A stretch of 49,583 nt of DNA from Bacteroidota bacterium (GCA_024762835.1 JANTGP010000002.1:1-49583); one strand, 5' to 3'; positions 37,970-48,230 are shown, counted from the first letter of the stretch. Notes: generated from the letters alone by a model not told the origin. A program made the numbers and translations.

Positions 37970-39229
37970 ATGAAAAAGACATTTTTATTAAGCCTTATGA
38001 CAATTTTATGTTTATCGGCTATTTATTCACAAGATTCAAAAAAAGTACTGTTTATTGGTAACAGCTATACTTACGTAAATAACCTTCCTCAATTAGTTCA
38101 CGACATTGCAATCTCACAGGGCGACAGTTTAGTATTTGACTCAAGCGCACCAGGTGGATATACATTTGAAGCTCATACTACATTTACCGAAACTCTAAAC
38201 AAGATAAACTCCGATAATTGGGATTATGTTGTTCTGCAAGAGCAAAGTCAAAGGCCGTCATTTCCACCGGCACAAGTTGCAAACGAAGTCCTTCCTTATG
38301 CTGAAACGCTGGTAAATTTAATCCGTCAGAATGATACATGTACCACGCCAATCTTTTTTATGACATGGGGACGAAAAAACGGAGATCAGGTAAACTGCCA
38401 AAGTTATCCACCTCTATGTACTTATGAGGGGATGCAGCAACGCTTGCGCGAAAGTTATTTACTGATGGCTCAATTAAACGATGCTGAAGTTGCTCCTGTT
38501 GGTGCTGCGTGGTATCAAACACGACTTAACAATCCGGCTATTGAGCTTTATCAAGCAGACGAAAGTCACCCTTCAATTAATGGGAGTTATTTGGCTGCAT
38601 GTGTTTTTTATGCTTCGATTTTCCACAAAAGTCCCGTTAACTCATTTTATCCCACAGCCGTTACAGATACCGATGCCGGTATTTTGCAAAATTATGCAAA
38701 TTCAATTGTTTTTGACAGTCTTGCAAACTGGTTTATCGACACAACTCATGTAAATGCAAACTTTGGTTTTGTAAATAATGGCCCGGACGTTCAATTTAAC
38801 AACCTTTCATCTAATGCTGATTCATATTATTGGGATTTTGACGATGGTACATTTTCTTTTGATGAAAACCCTATCCATGTATTTCAAGATTCAGGAACAT
38901 ACTCCGTTGAATTGATTGCTACTAAAGCCTGCGAAACCGATACAGCCTTTGCCGAAGTTGAGTTTAATCCGGTATCAATAACACTGCTACATAGCTCAAA
39001 TTACAATTTCACTCTATCGCCGAATCCTGCAAAGGGTAAGTTACAATTATTCTGTAGTGAGAATGCTGTCTCATTTGAAATAATAGACTTAAAAGGTAAA
39101 CTTGTTAAAAGTGGTAAGCTAAGTTCAAGCATTAACAATATTGATGTATCTGAAATTAAACCGGCAGTTTATATCTTTAATCTTATATTTTCAAATCGTA
39201 CAATTCAAAAAAAGCTTGTAATACTTTAG
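37970..39229 (+). CDS. Secreted SGNH/DUF4886-like domain + PKD-like domain protein with T9SS type A C-terminal sorting domain
   Basis: 419 aa with a signal peptide. VLFIGNSYTY (GDSL-like block I) and an Ig/PKD-like segment (YYWDFDDGTFS..NPIHVFQDSGTYSVELIA). CTD ...LSPNPAKGKLQL...IIDLKGKLV...VYIFNLIF..TIQKKLVIL. Confidence 0.75.
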   Translation: MKKTFLLSLMTILCLSAIYSQDSKKVLFIGNSYTYVNNLPQLVHDIAISQGDSLVFDSSAPGGYTFEAHTTFTETLNKINSDNWDYVVLQEQSQRPSFPPAQVANEVLPYAETLVNLIRQNDTCTTPIFFMTWGRKNGDQVNCQSYPPLCTYEGMQQRLRESYLLMAQLNDAEVAPVGAAWYQTRLNNPAIELYQADESHPSINGSYLAACVFYASIFHKSPVNSFYPTAVTDTDAGILQNYANSIVFDSLANWFIDTTHVNANFGFVNNGPDVQFNNLSSNADSYYWDFDDGTFSFDENPIHVFQDSGTYSVELIATKACETDTAFAEVEFNPVSITLLHSSNYNFTLSPNPAKGKLQLFCSENAVSFEIIDLKGKLVKSGKLSSSINNIDVSEIKPAVYIFNLIFSNRTIQKKLVIL

Positions 39230-39237
39230 GAAAATTA

Positions 39238-40242
39238 TTATTCCTTGGTTTTATCTTCAGGGATTATCTTCAAAGTATATAAAATTGCTTCAAGTTGTCG
39301 GATATAATTTCTGTTGTCATATTTTGGCGAGTATACATATCCCTCAACAGTAATTATTCTGTTTCGTTCTTCATCAACTGTTGAAAAACTTATAAACGGA
39401 CCGCCCATAAAGTCAGGACCTTCGAGTTTCCATAATCCACCCATTTCAACAGTATATCTATTATTGAGCAAGAATTCGCGATACGAAACAGGAAGATCTT
39501 TTTCGGTTGTCATGTATGTATTATCAATCGGTCCATGCACATACTTCTTTAATAATACATCGCGTGTGTTTATCAAATTGTCTTTATCAAAGTCGCTTGT
39601 GTCGTTATAATTATAATAATATACAAATATGCCTTGACTAATATATGGTGTTTCATGCGATATCCAAACAAAATTATTTGTATCAAGGTCGTAAGTATAA
39701 CCAACCGGAACATTAAGAGATAAATTATGAAACTTTCTTAGTCGCTGACTAATACCTATTTCTTCAAATTTTCGGTAATTCGTAATAATTCTATCTCTTT
39801 CTTTTTTTATAATTCTATCGCGTATTACCACTGCCTTATTATTCAATAGCTGAACAAATTCCTCAGTATCTTTCGCATCAATATAGATTACTATCTGTGG
39901 TTTTGCATAAACATCTTTCTTGACTACTATCTTGGCTTTCTTTACATTTCCTGATATTCTGGTAATTATAATGTTCCTATGTAGCTTAAAGATATCAGAA
40001 AATGAACTTTTAGGTATTTGAACAATATCTAACATTGGTTCGGCTTGTGGCAGATTAGGAACTTCTTCGGAAAGTGTATTTTTCATTATTCTACCGGGGT
40101 CACCATCCCAATAACCTTGTTCCATGACAACTACTACCTCACCGGCTTTTCCTGTAACATTAGGCATAAGTGAAGAATTGTCTGTTTTGCACGAAGCAAC
40201 AACAAATAATAAAATGAATGATATAAAGATTTGCTTTATCAT
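39238..40242 (-). CDS. DUF4837-like lipoprotein
   Basis: 334 aa. Lipoprotein signal (LLFVVASC). The overall sequence resembles the conserved Bacteroidota DUF4837 family, from memory and not searched. Confidence 0.6.
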   Translation of the reverse strand: MIKQIFISFILLFVVASCKTDNSSLMPNVTGKAGEVVVVMEQGYWDGDPGRIMKNTLSEEVPNLPQAEPMLDIVQIPKSSFSDIFKLHRNIIITRISGNVKKAKIVVKKDVYAKPQIVIYIDAKDTEEFVQLLNNKAVVIRDRIIKKERDRIITNYRKFEEIGISQRLRKFHNLSLNVPVGYTYDLDTNNFVWISHETPYISQGIFVYYYNYNDTSDFDKDNLINTRDVLLKKYVHGPIDNTYMTTEKDLPVSYREFLLNNRYTVEMGGLWKLEGPDFMGGPFISFSTVDEERNRIITVEGYVYSPKYDNRNYIRQLEAILYTLKIIPEDKTKE

Positions 40243-40387
40243 AATATTAAAATTTTAATCATGTAAAAATAGTACTACTTGGCAGACTATCCAATTATGA
40301 ATCTATATTCTACCAATCATGGTAAATTTACGACTAATAATCCATAAATTATTAACAAAATAGATAAATTAGCAACATTTGTGAATT

Positions 40388-40535
40388 ATACCGATTAGTA
40401 AATGAATCCGATGCATATCGGGTGAGCTTTAATTTCACCCGATACTATCGGGTTTGTTTATTAAAGCTTCATTTATCTATCGGCATTTATCCCGATTTTC
40501 TCGGGATAGTTTTCAAATCCGATACATATCGGATG
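40388..40535 (+). repeat. Family A repeat, copy A3 (variant right half)
   Basis: The first ~100 nt are collinear with A1 49-150 (ataccgattagtaaatgaa, two CCGAT hairpins, gagctttaat/attaaagct stem, ttcatttatctatcggcattta). The right part is replaced by two further hairpins, tcccgaTTTTCtcggga and tccgatACATatcgga. Confidence 0.75.
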
Positions 40536-40537
40536 AC

Positions 40538-40572
40538 AAAAAAAAGACCCGCCAAATGACGAGTCTTTTTTT
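40538..40572 (-). terminator. Intrinsic (bidirectional-type) terminator downstream of the giant T9SS cargo gene
   Basis: A8 run, stem gacccg/cgagtc (one mismatch) with an 8-nt loop, then a T7 run. Read on the minus strand, the stem is followed by T8. It lies 17 nt after the stop codon. Confidence 0.5.
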
Positions 40573-40588
40573 ATATTATAATTATGTT

Positions 40589-43500
40589 CTATTTTTCCCT
40601 TATCAGATGGAATGCTTTAGCATATTTCTCACCATTGAATTCTGTTCCATCAATTCCAACACCTTCAATAATATAGAAATAAACACCCGGAGCGGCATCT
40701 TGCCCGTTGCCTAACTTACCATCCCACCAACCCGGTACAGGTTCTTGGTCTGATTCGTTCCATGTCCATTCGTAGATTAGCTTACCCCAACGGCTATAAA
40801 TCATACCATGCATACTCTTTATTGTTTGTGTATCAAACTCCAATAAATCATTTTGTCCATCACCATTAGGTGTGAATACATTTACACCCGGAACAATATC
40901 TGATTTTGCATCAGTAAAGATATAACCCGTACGGAAAGTATCCCGACAACCGAATTCACTGGTAACAACAACCTCAGCTTTATAATAACCCGGGTCGATA
41001 AACTCAACAACCGGACTGGCATCGGTAAGAATTTCTTCACCATTTATAATAGCCGGAACTTCCCATGGATAAATTACGACAGCTGTATCAAAATCAGGTA
41101 TTGAATCAAATTTAATATGATAGAATCTCCATTCATAATCAGCACCTATATCTTCAGCCGGAGGTTCTTCATCAACTAAATCGGCAAAGAAAAGATTAGT
41201 TGGGTCAACATAGTTACTGTCAACCATATATGAAAGATCGGTAAATTCAACTGAATGAGGTGAGATACCAAGAGTATCACTAATATCCTGCAGATTAAAT
41301 AATGCAGCAACATACCCTGTATCGCCAACATGTACCATAAATGTATCGCTACAATAAATATTCTCGGGATTTGGCAATACTAAAGACTTGGCACGAGCCC
41401 AGTAATAATAATCTCCTGTAGCAAGTCCGGCTTGATTATCAGCAACAGGATCAGTCCAAGAAACTCCAAGGCTATCAAGCCATCCATAACTATTTATCAA
41501 TTGTGAGTTATCAGGTGTTAAAGCAATTTCTCCGTTTGGATCGCCACAATAAGCAGGTTTAATTTCTTCTTCAACAGGTACATGGTCTGGTTCAACAATA
41601 GTATCGGCAATAGCCGGAGAGAAACATTCCCACTGGTTTTTAGTAATTAAACGCACATAATGTTCTTGATTTGCAACTGCATTTTCCCATTGCACATACA
41701 CAGGTCCTTCGCCCGGGTCCTGAACTGTTCCGCCTCCATCAACATGAGTAATCACTCCACCATCAACATCAGACCAATCCCATGAGGTAATAGAATAATC
41801 ATTTGCAGCTTTTAGTTTAGCCTCATAACCTATACAGTGAGGATCGTATATTGACTCAACCTTACCAACAGGCTCGGGTGCAAATGTGATGGAAGTGGTA
41901 TCCCAGTCAACACAAGCATGACCTAACTCTCCGTAATTTGTTTCCTGCCATACCAGAGGATATTCAATTGGGGTAACAGGGTCGATAAAATCAACAAACA
42001 CATAATTATTCGGCAAGGAGTCACTAGGTATTGTATCAATACCCGGTTGCATATACCAATAGCTAACATGATCAGGTGATGTTGTTATCCATGTACCAAC
42101 AAGGCTATCGCCGGTTGTTGTTGAGAACTCAGCTTGTAAACCATACCATGGGCCGCAAGCTGTATCATATAAAGGTCCTGAATTTGCAACAGGTTGCTCA
42201 ACAAAATCGACTATAATTGTTTCTGAAGTATCGGTACAAACAGAATCTATATGATGATTCTCTACCACCCAATTAAATTCATGTACACCATAAGAATAAA
42301 CAGTTACACTATCAGGGTCTAATGCATGGGTATTTGGATAAACTTCAGCATCATTACTTGTCCAATATGCCTGCACATTACTTCCGGTTATACCAGGATT
42401 TTGAGCTACAAAAATATTTTCACTTGCTGTTTCGGTTTTACCACAAACAAACTCTAAACTTCCAGACGACCAAAAAACATGAGCATTCGGAATAATCATA
42501 AAAACGATATTTACAGAATCTTGAGATACACATTGAATTCCTCCATATTCGTTATACTCTTGCCATACGAATTCTATTTGGTCATTTGTACCTGTCAAGC
42601 CGTAATGAGTAGCAGACTGAGGATCTGCAAAATCAGAGATTTGAGCTTGAGAAGGTAACCATGTACCGGTACCGGTACTATTAATAGCCTCAAGATAAGT
42701 ATCCTCACCACACACATATTTGTCGGGTCCTGCATTCACATCAGGTATCTCGATAAAATAAATTACTACTTCATCAGTAGTTGAACATGTTTGGTTATGT
42801 AAATTATCCTCTTTCCATTGGAAAGTATATTCACCATGCATTGGAACTTGAACAATACTATGTGGATCGGTATCGTCACTAAAAGTAGGAGGTAAAGCAC
42901 TTGGGCCTTGTACCATTGTCCATTTTCCTTTAGGAGAACCGATACTAAATTCAGCATGCATTTCATAAACCTTACCACAAACAGATGAGTCAGGGCCTGC
43001 ATTAGCCTCAGGAATCTGGTAAAGAGTTATAAGTGTAGTATCCTCATCTGTACAACGGTTATTATCCATAATCCAGATAAAAGGAATTGTAACATACGAT
43101 GAATCACCAAAACTACCGGCTTGCGGTTGACCTGCAAAAGAGCCTGTATTAGGAATTGTAACTGTTGCATTAGGGCTATGTTTATTATCAAAATCAGCTC
43201 CTGTAAAGTCTGTTGTCCAGGTACCAACTGCATATTCAAAACCAAGGATATCTGCATCGAAAGTATATGAAGTGCCACAGTTCCAATCATCTAATCCTGC
43301 CGCTGCATTAGGTGTAGTAGAGTAAACAATTGTTACATCATCCTGAGCCTCGCAAATACCATTTGTTTCATGCCATGTAAATACGGCTTCAACTTCACTT
43401 TCGTTAGGACCAAATATTATCTCTGCTGAAGAATTAGGATTTGTAGGATTACTGAATATTGTTCCTAAAGGACCTGTCCAGTTTCCTGAGCCCATTGTTG

Positions 43501-46318
43501 AAATAGCCTGTAAGTCGTAAGATGTACCGCATACCGAATCGTTATGGTTTGCATCTACAACAGGATTTTCAAGAAAAGTTATAGTAACATAATCAATATC
43601 CTCACACTCGCCGTTCCATTCTCTCCATATATATGTAACAGAGCCGGGATTATAAACATCTACAGTTGTATTAGGATCCTGAACATTATCAAAATCACCG
43701 TTACCTGACCACAAACCTTCTGTAACACCAAGAGGGCCACATAAACTAAATTCTGCGTTAAGGTCTAATTCCAGTCCGCAAACGGTTGTATCATTTCCTG
43801 CAAAAGCAATAGGCTGAGGCTTAAACATCATAACAACATCATCATAGTAAGCACATGATGTTGAGGGACCGTTTTTAACTGTCCAACGGAAAGTATACTC
43901 TGTATTCAAAGCACAGCCATATTGGTTAGTATCAAAATAGGGGACTGTAACATCAGTTGCAGGGTCGTCAAAATTTGTCCCCCATACAACACCGGATGCT
44001 GTAAGACATGTCCATGTTCCTATACCAACAGAAGGTGTATCTGCATTCAATTGAATTGTATTTCCACAAACAACATCATCAAGACCGGCATCTGCACTTG
44101 GGAATTCGTACCATATTACCGGTGTACCTTGAGATACTGAAAGGCAATCATCTGATTGGTCAACAAGATTTTCTGTAGCTGTTCCGATATTATCACCAAC
44201 AATTTGAGAAATGTAATAAGTTTGTCCATATACCATCGAAGCAGCATTAAAGAAAAACTGTCCGCTTGTATTATGGTCTATTACTGTACCAAGATAGCCA
44301 AAAGGCTCAGTATGTAAGGCATATTCATATCCATCATCACCGTCAAGGGTATAGGTGGGGTTACCGCTGCCATCATCCAAAACTGTTGATTGAGCAGGTT
44401 CAAAAGCACACACTTCAATAATATCACTTGACATGTCACCGGCCTGAGATGTACAACCACAATTATGATAACCGTTCACGGTTGTAGGATCACAATCATA
44501 ATTATCGCTAACAATAATTGAGTAATTGGAAGGTGATGTAATAGGACCACTGCACCATGTGGAACCGCTAAATGTTCCCGGAACAGGTAATCCGGTTACA
44601 GGATCGGTAACAGAATATGCTCCCGGATTTCCTCCAAAAAGATCGAAACAAACAACAAATTCAGTATTAGTCGGATTACAAGTTTCGGTAATATTACTAA
44701 CCTCAGGCGCTCCAACTACATCAATAATTATTGTAGTATCCGAAGGGCATACTCCACCAAATTCATAACTAATTTCATTAGGACCTATATATGCGTTACC
44801 TGGAAAGAAAAATCCACTACCCGAGATACATCCACCATTAGCAACAAAACCACAATTTGAAGACCACACACCTCCCCAATCCAAAGGTGTTAATTGGACA
44901 GGTGGTGAGTTTTGACAAATCTGTTGTGGTGGGTTAATGATTGTTGCATTTGTAGGAAGAGTCTGAAAGTATTTTGTTACAACAGGTTCGCAAGCATCAT
45001 AACCCAATATCTCAAAACCTAAGCTATCATACAAGTGATCAAAAACAGTAAGGGTAAAGTTAGCACTTGTAGTTGGTTGTGGGTCAATAGAGGGAACAGG
45101 ATTAATGTCAAAATCCTGAGAACCCCATGCAGGATCCCAACCAAGAGAACAATCCCACTCAGCAGTTACCTGATCGGTAAGTGTATGATGAGAAGTTGTT
45201 TTCATAGGTATATAGTAGATAGCAGCAGTTGTAGAATCACAAGCACCATCGTTAATACTTTCGTTAATTGAACCTGAATCATAAGTATATATAGCGGAAC
45301 CACATTCACCCTGTCCTTCGAAAGTAAGAGTTACTCTTTGCAGAAATCCGATATCAGCACCAAAACAGTCGAATATGGAAATAGCCCATCCTCCATTTGA
45401 AGCTGAATCGCCATAAACATCACCCCAACCTTCACAAGAAGCAAAAGTTCCTGTTAAAGGGGTTGCCATATTACAGATACAGGGTGTATAAGCAGGGTTA
45501 CCGGCAGGCAATGATGAAGTAAAACAAAATTCATCTATATCATCGCCATTGTTACAGTTAGTGTACCACTGACTAGGTGGGCAACTTAAAACATCACCAA
45601 TTATTAAATCGGTAACCTGTGAACCTTGATCCCATGCCGAAACAGGTGGGAGTAAGTCAATACGTCCTCCACTAGGGCCGTATAGATAGAATCCAAGGTC
45701 GGACACAAAAGTATGATCAGCCCAAAAGCAAACTGTAATTTCAGTAGTTGAGTCAACAATAAATGGTGTTGGTGGTGGGTCATAAATTTCAAAATCAGAA
45801 CCCGCACCAATAGTACCTCCAGTTAAATCAAAAGGAGCACAGCCGGCAGGAATATCATCAAAATCAATTATTGTTTCGTTTACAAACACATGAGCACGAC
45901 GGCAGGTTGTAATCTCTGAAGGAAGACCAACATTACTCTTAACGATAACCTGGTAAAAACCGGACACTAAGTCGGTAACTGATGATGATGGACCCGGAGG
46001 AACAGTTGTAAACTGAACAAACTCCTGATATGTTGGTGAAGTGGGGTCTTCATCATACTTTCCCCAAATATACTCAGTATTAGCTAATCCACCCATAACT
46101 GACAATGTACCTAATACACTATCGCCGGCAGCATCCGGCGAGCAAAAAATAAATACAGGATCATCGGGAATTGTGGGGTCAACATAATCGGATGAAATTT
46201 GCTCTGTCCCCATGGGTGCAGTAATAGGACCAGCCTGACTGAAAACCCTTTGACTGCCAACTATAAAAGTGAGCAATAAGGCCAAAACAAAAACGAAACT
46301 TTTTCTTAATGTTTTCAT
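40589..46318 (-). CDS. Giant secreted protein (~1909 aa) with P-domain-like region, 8-9 tandem ~90-aa modules and a T9SS type B (gliding-motility-associated, CHU_C-like) C-terminal domain
   Basis: Start set at ATG 46318 (MKTLRKSFVFVLALLLTF..FSQ signal peptide); the ORF-track M1 at 46393 adds 25 non-signal residues. C-terminus NVFTPNGDGQNDLLEF...IYSRWGKLIY...WDGK..NG..AAPGVYFYII is the type B CTD signature. Confidence 0.85.
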   Translation of the reverse strand: MKTLRKSFVFVLALLLTFIVGSQRVFSQAGPITAPMGTEQISSDYVDPTIPDDPVFIFCSPDAAGDSVLGTLSVMGGLANTEYIWGKYDEDPTSPTYQEFVQFTTVPPGPSSSVTDLVSGFYQVIVKSNVGLPSEITTCRRAHVFVNETIIDFDDIPAGCAPFDLTGGTIGAGSDFEIYDPPPTPFIVDSTTEITVCFWADHTFVSDLGFYLYGPSGGRIDLLPPVSAWDQGSQVTDLIIGDVLSCPPSQWYTNCNNGDDIDEFCFTSSLPAGNPAYTPCICNMATPLTGTFASCEGWGDVYGDSASNGGWAISIFDCFGADIGFLQRVTLTFEGQGECGSAIYTYDSGSINESINDGACDSTTAAIYYIPMKTTSHHTLTDQVTAEWDCSLGWDPAWGSQDFDINPVPSIDPQPTTSANFTLTVFDHLYDSLGFEILGYDACEPVVTKYFQTLPTNATIINPPQQICQNSPPVQLTPLDWGGVWSSNCGFVANGGCISGSGFFFPGNAYIGPNEISYEFGGVCPSDTTIIIDVVGAPEVSNITETCNPTNTEFVVCFDLFGGNPGAYSVTDPVTGLPVPGTFSGSTWCSGPITSPSNYSIIVSDNYDCDPTTVNGYHNCGCTSQAGDMSSDIIEVCAFEPAQSTVLDDGSGNPTYTLDGDDGYEYALHTEPFGYLGTVIDHNTSGQFFFNAASMVYGQTYYISQIVGDNIGTATENLVDQSDDCLSVSQGTPVIWYEFPSADAGLDDVVCGNTIQLNADTPSVGIGTWTCLTASGVVWGTNFDDPATDVTVPYFDTNQYGCALNTEYTFRWTVKNGPSTSCAYYDDVVMMFKPQPIAFAGNDTTVCGLELDLNAEFSLCGPLGVTEGLWSGNGDFDNVQDPNTTVDVYNPGSVTYIWREWNGECEDIDYVTITFLENPVVDANHNDSVCGTSYDLQAISTMGSGNWTGPLGTIFSNPTNPNSSAEIIFGPNESEVEAVFTWHETNGICEAQDDVTIVYSTTPNAAAGLDDWNCGTSYTFDADILGFEYAVGTWTTDFTGADFDNKHSPNATVTIPNTGSFAGQPQAGSFGDSSYVTIPFIWIMDNNRCTDEDTTLITLYQIPEANAGPDSSVCGKVYEMHAEFSIGSPKGKWTMVQGPSALPPTFSDDTDPHSIVQVPMHGEYTFQWKEDNLHNQTCSTTDEVVIYFIEIPDVNAGPDKYVCGEDTYLEAINSTGTGTWLPSQAQISDFADPQSATHYGLTGTNDQIEFVWQEYNEYGGIQCVSQDSVNIVFMIIPNAHVFWSSGSLEFVCGKTETASENIFVAQNPGITGSNVQAYWTSNDAEVYPNTHALDPDSVTVYSYGVHEFNWVVENHHIDSVCTDTSETIIVDFVEQPVANSGPLYDTACGPWYGLQAEFSTTTGDSLVGTWITTSPDHVSYWYMQPGIDTIPSDSLPNNYVFVDFIDPVTPIEYPLVWQETNYGELGHACVDWDTTSITFAPEPVGKVESIYDPHCIGYEAKLKAANDYSITSWDWSDVDGGVITHVDGGGTVQDPGEGPVYVQWENAVANQEHYVRLITKNQWECFSPAIADTIVEPDHVPVEEEIKPAYCGDPNGEIALTPDNSQLINSYGWLDSLGVSWTDPVADNQAGLATGDYYYWARAKSLVLPNPENIYCSDTFMVHVGDTGYVAALFNLQDISDTLGISPHSVEFTDLSYMVDSNYVDPTNLFFADLVDEEPPAEDIGADYEWRFYHIKFDSIPDFDTAVVIYPWEVPAIINGEEILTDASPVVEFIDPGYYKAEVVVTSEFGCRDTFRTGYIFTDAKSDIVPGVNVFTPNGDGQNDLLEFDTQTIKSMHGMIYSRWGKLIYEWTWNESDQEPVPGWWDGKLGNGQDAAPGVYFYIIEGVGIDGTEFNGEKYAKAFHLIREK

Positions 46319-46535
46319 GTGTTTATAATTTAATTTAAAACTAAGATATTTCAGATAAAATTTGAACTTACAATAATAGAAAAAACAATTCATAAATCTA
46401 AATTCAGAAGGGCTTTAATTCTCGAACACTTAAGCCATTGTGAAAGAATTCAGTTATTGATTTCTTTTTTCACGGTACATAGACAAAATGCTTTGTCAAA
46501 TCGTTGCCCCGGAAACTAAAAAAAATTAACTTTTT

Positions 46536-48230
46536 TTAATTGGAAAGATTTAGGATGGAATTTAACAGTGTTCTTGTGTATTCAGTTGATGGATTGAAGA
46601 ATAATTCATCGGATATAGCTTCTTCAACAATTTCGCCATCTCTCATAACAATTATTCTGTCCGACATGTATTTTACGACTGCCAGATCATGTGAAATAAA
46701 GATAAATGTCAATCCGAATTGCTCTTTTAAATCATTCAGTAAGTTTAACACCTGTGCCTGAACCGAAACATCAAGAGCGGAAACAGATTCATCACAAATA
46801 ATAAATTCCGGCTCAACAGCTAAAGCTCTTGCAATACCAATTCTCTGACGTTGACCACCTGAAAATTCATGAGGATAGCGTTTGAAGAAAGATGATTCTA
46901 ATCCTACGAGTTCCAACAGTTCGTTAACTCTAATTCTTGCTTGCTGTCTGTTTTTGCAAATCTTATGAGCCAACAATGGTTCCATTATACTCTCACCAAT
47001 ACTCATCTTTGGGTTAAGTGACGAAAAGGGGTCTTGAAAGATAATTTGGATTTGCTTTCTCAGGTTTTTTATTCTGCGCTTTGATAATAGTTTTAAATCC
47101 TGACCTTTATATCTTATTGAGCCATCACTCGATTCAATGAGTTGCAGAATTGTTCTGCCTAAAGTCGTTTTTCCACATCCCGATTCTCCTACTAATCCTA
47201 ATGTTTCTCCTTTATAAACCTTAAGATTTACATTATTTACAGCAATAACTTTGCTTTTTGATTTAGAAAAGAGTCTTTTTCTTCCGAAAAACTCAGTCTT
47301 TAAATTTTTAACTTCAAGTAAGACTTCTTTTGGAATATCTCCCGATACTTTCTTTTTTACTTTTTCCGATACTTTCTTTTTTGATTGTCCATCAATAAAA
47401 TCAGCAATTACAGGCAAACGTACAGGATTCTTATCCAATTGCGGCAGGCAAGCAATTAGCCCCTTCGTATATGCCTTTGCCGGATTATTCAGTATTCTTT
47501 CAACACTTCCTTCCTCTACCATTTCGCCTTTGTAAAGAACTAATACCCTTGTAGCAATTGATGCTATCACGCCAAGGTCGTGTGAGATAAATATAATGCT
47601 CATCTCATACTTTTTTTGTAAATCTTTAAGTAAGTCAAGAATGGTTTTTTGAACACATACATCAAGTGCTGTAGTTGGTTCGTCAGCAATTAAAATATCA
47701 GGTTTACAGGCAATTGCCATTGCAATCATAACTCTTTGCTTTTGCCCTCCTGACAATTGGTGGGGATAAGAATCAAACACATCATCGGGGCGAGGCAAAT
47801 CAACTTCCTTAAACAATTCAATAGTTCGTTGACGCGACTGCTTTTTATTTAAGCCAAGATGTAATTGTAAGACTTCTGTAACTTGATACCCACAAGTAAG
47901 AACAGGGTTTAATGAAGTCATAGGCTCTTGAAAAATCATAGAAATATTATTGCCTTTAATCTTTCTGAATTTATCTTCAGACAATTGCAACAAATCAATC
48001 TCTTTGTCATCTTCTTTTTGATATATTATCTCACCAGAATCTATTCTTGCAGAAGAAGCAGGTAATAAACCCATTATAGCGAGTGAAGTAATAGATTTAC
48101 CTGAACCGGATTCGCCAACTATACCAAGACACTCACCCTTGTGTAAATTGAATGACAAATGCTTCAATGAAAAAGATTTCTCCTCTGATGAAGAAAAACT
48201 TATACTTAAATTATTTACAGAAAGTAGCAT
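46536..48230 (-). CDS. ABC transporter ATP-binding protein, duplicated ATPase (fused DppD/DppF- or YejF-like)
   Basis: 564 aa. Two complete cassettes: Walker A GESGSGKS / GESGCGKT, signature LSGGQKQR / FSGGQRQR, Walker B LIADEPT / IICDES. Confidence 0.88.
   Translation of the reverse strand: MLLSVNNLSISFSSSEEKSFSLKHLSFNLHKGECLGIVGESGSGKSITSLAIMGLLPASSARIDSGEIIYQKEDDKEIDLLQLSEDKFRKIKGNNISMIFQEPMTSLNPVLTCGYQVTEVLQLHLGLNKKQSRQRTIELFKEVDLPRPDDVFDSYPHQLSGGQKQRVMIAMAIACKPDILIADEPTTALDVCVQKTILDLLKDLQKKYEMSIIFISHDLGVIASIATRVLVLYKGEMVEEGSVERILNNPAKAYTKGLIACLPQLDKNPVRLPVIADFIDGQSKKKVSEKVKKKVSGDIPKEVLLEVKNLKTEFFGRKRLFSKSKSKVIAVNNVNLKVYKGETLGLVGESGCGKTTLGRTILQLIESSDGSIRYKGQDLKLLSKRRIKNLRKQIQIIFQDPFSSLNPKMSIGESIMEPLLAHKICKNRQQARIRVNELLELVGLESSFFKRYPHEFSGGQRQRIGIARALAVEPEFIICDESVSALDVSVQAQVLNLLNDLKEQFGLTFIFISHDLAVVKYMSDRIIVMRDGEIVEEAISDELFFNPSTEYTRTLLNSILNLSN

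Noticed and set aside
46319-46393. 25-codon N-terminal extension of the giant protein (MNCFFYYCKFKFYLKYLSFKLNYKH)
   Set aside because: The extension precedes a perfect signal peptide that starts at the next Met (MKTLRKSF...). An extended form would bury the signal peptide, so the shorter model is preferred.
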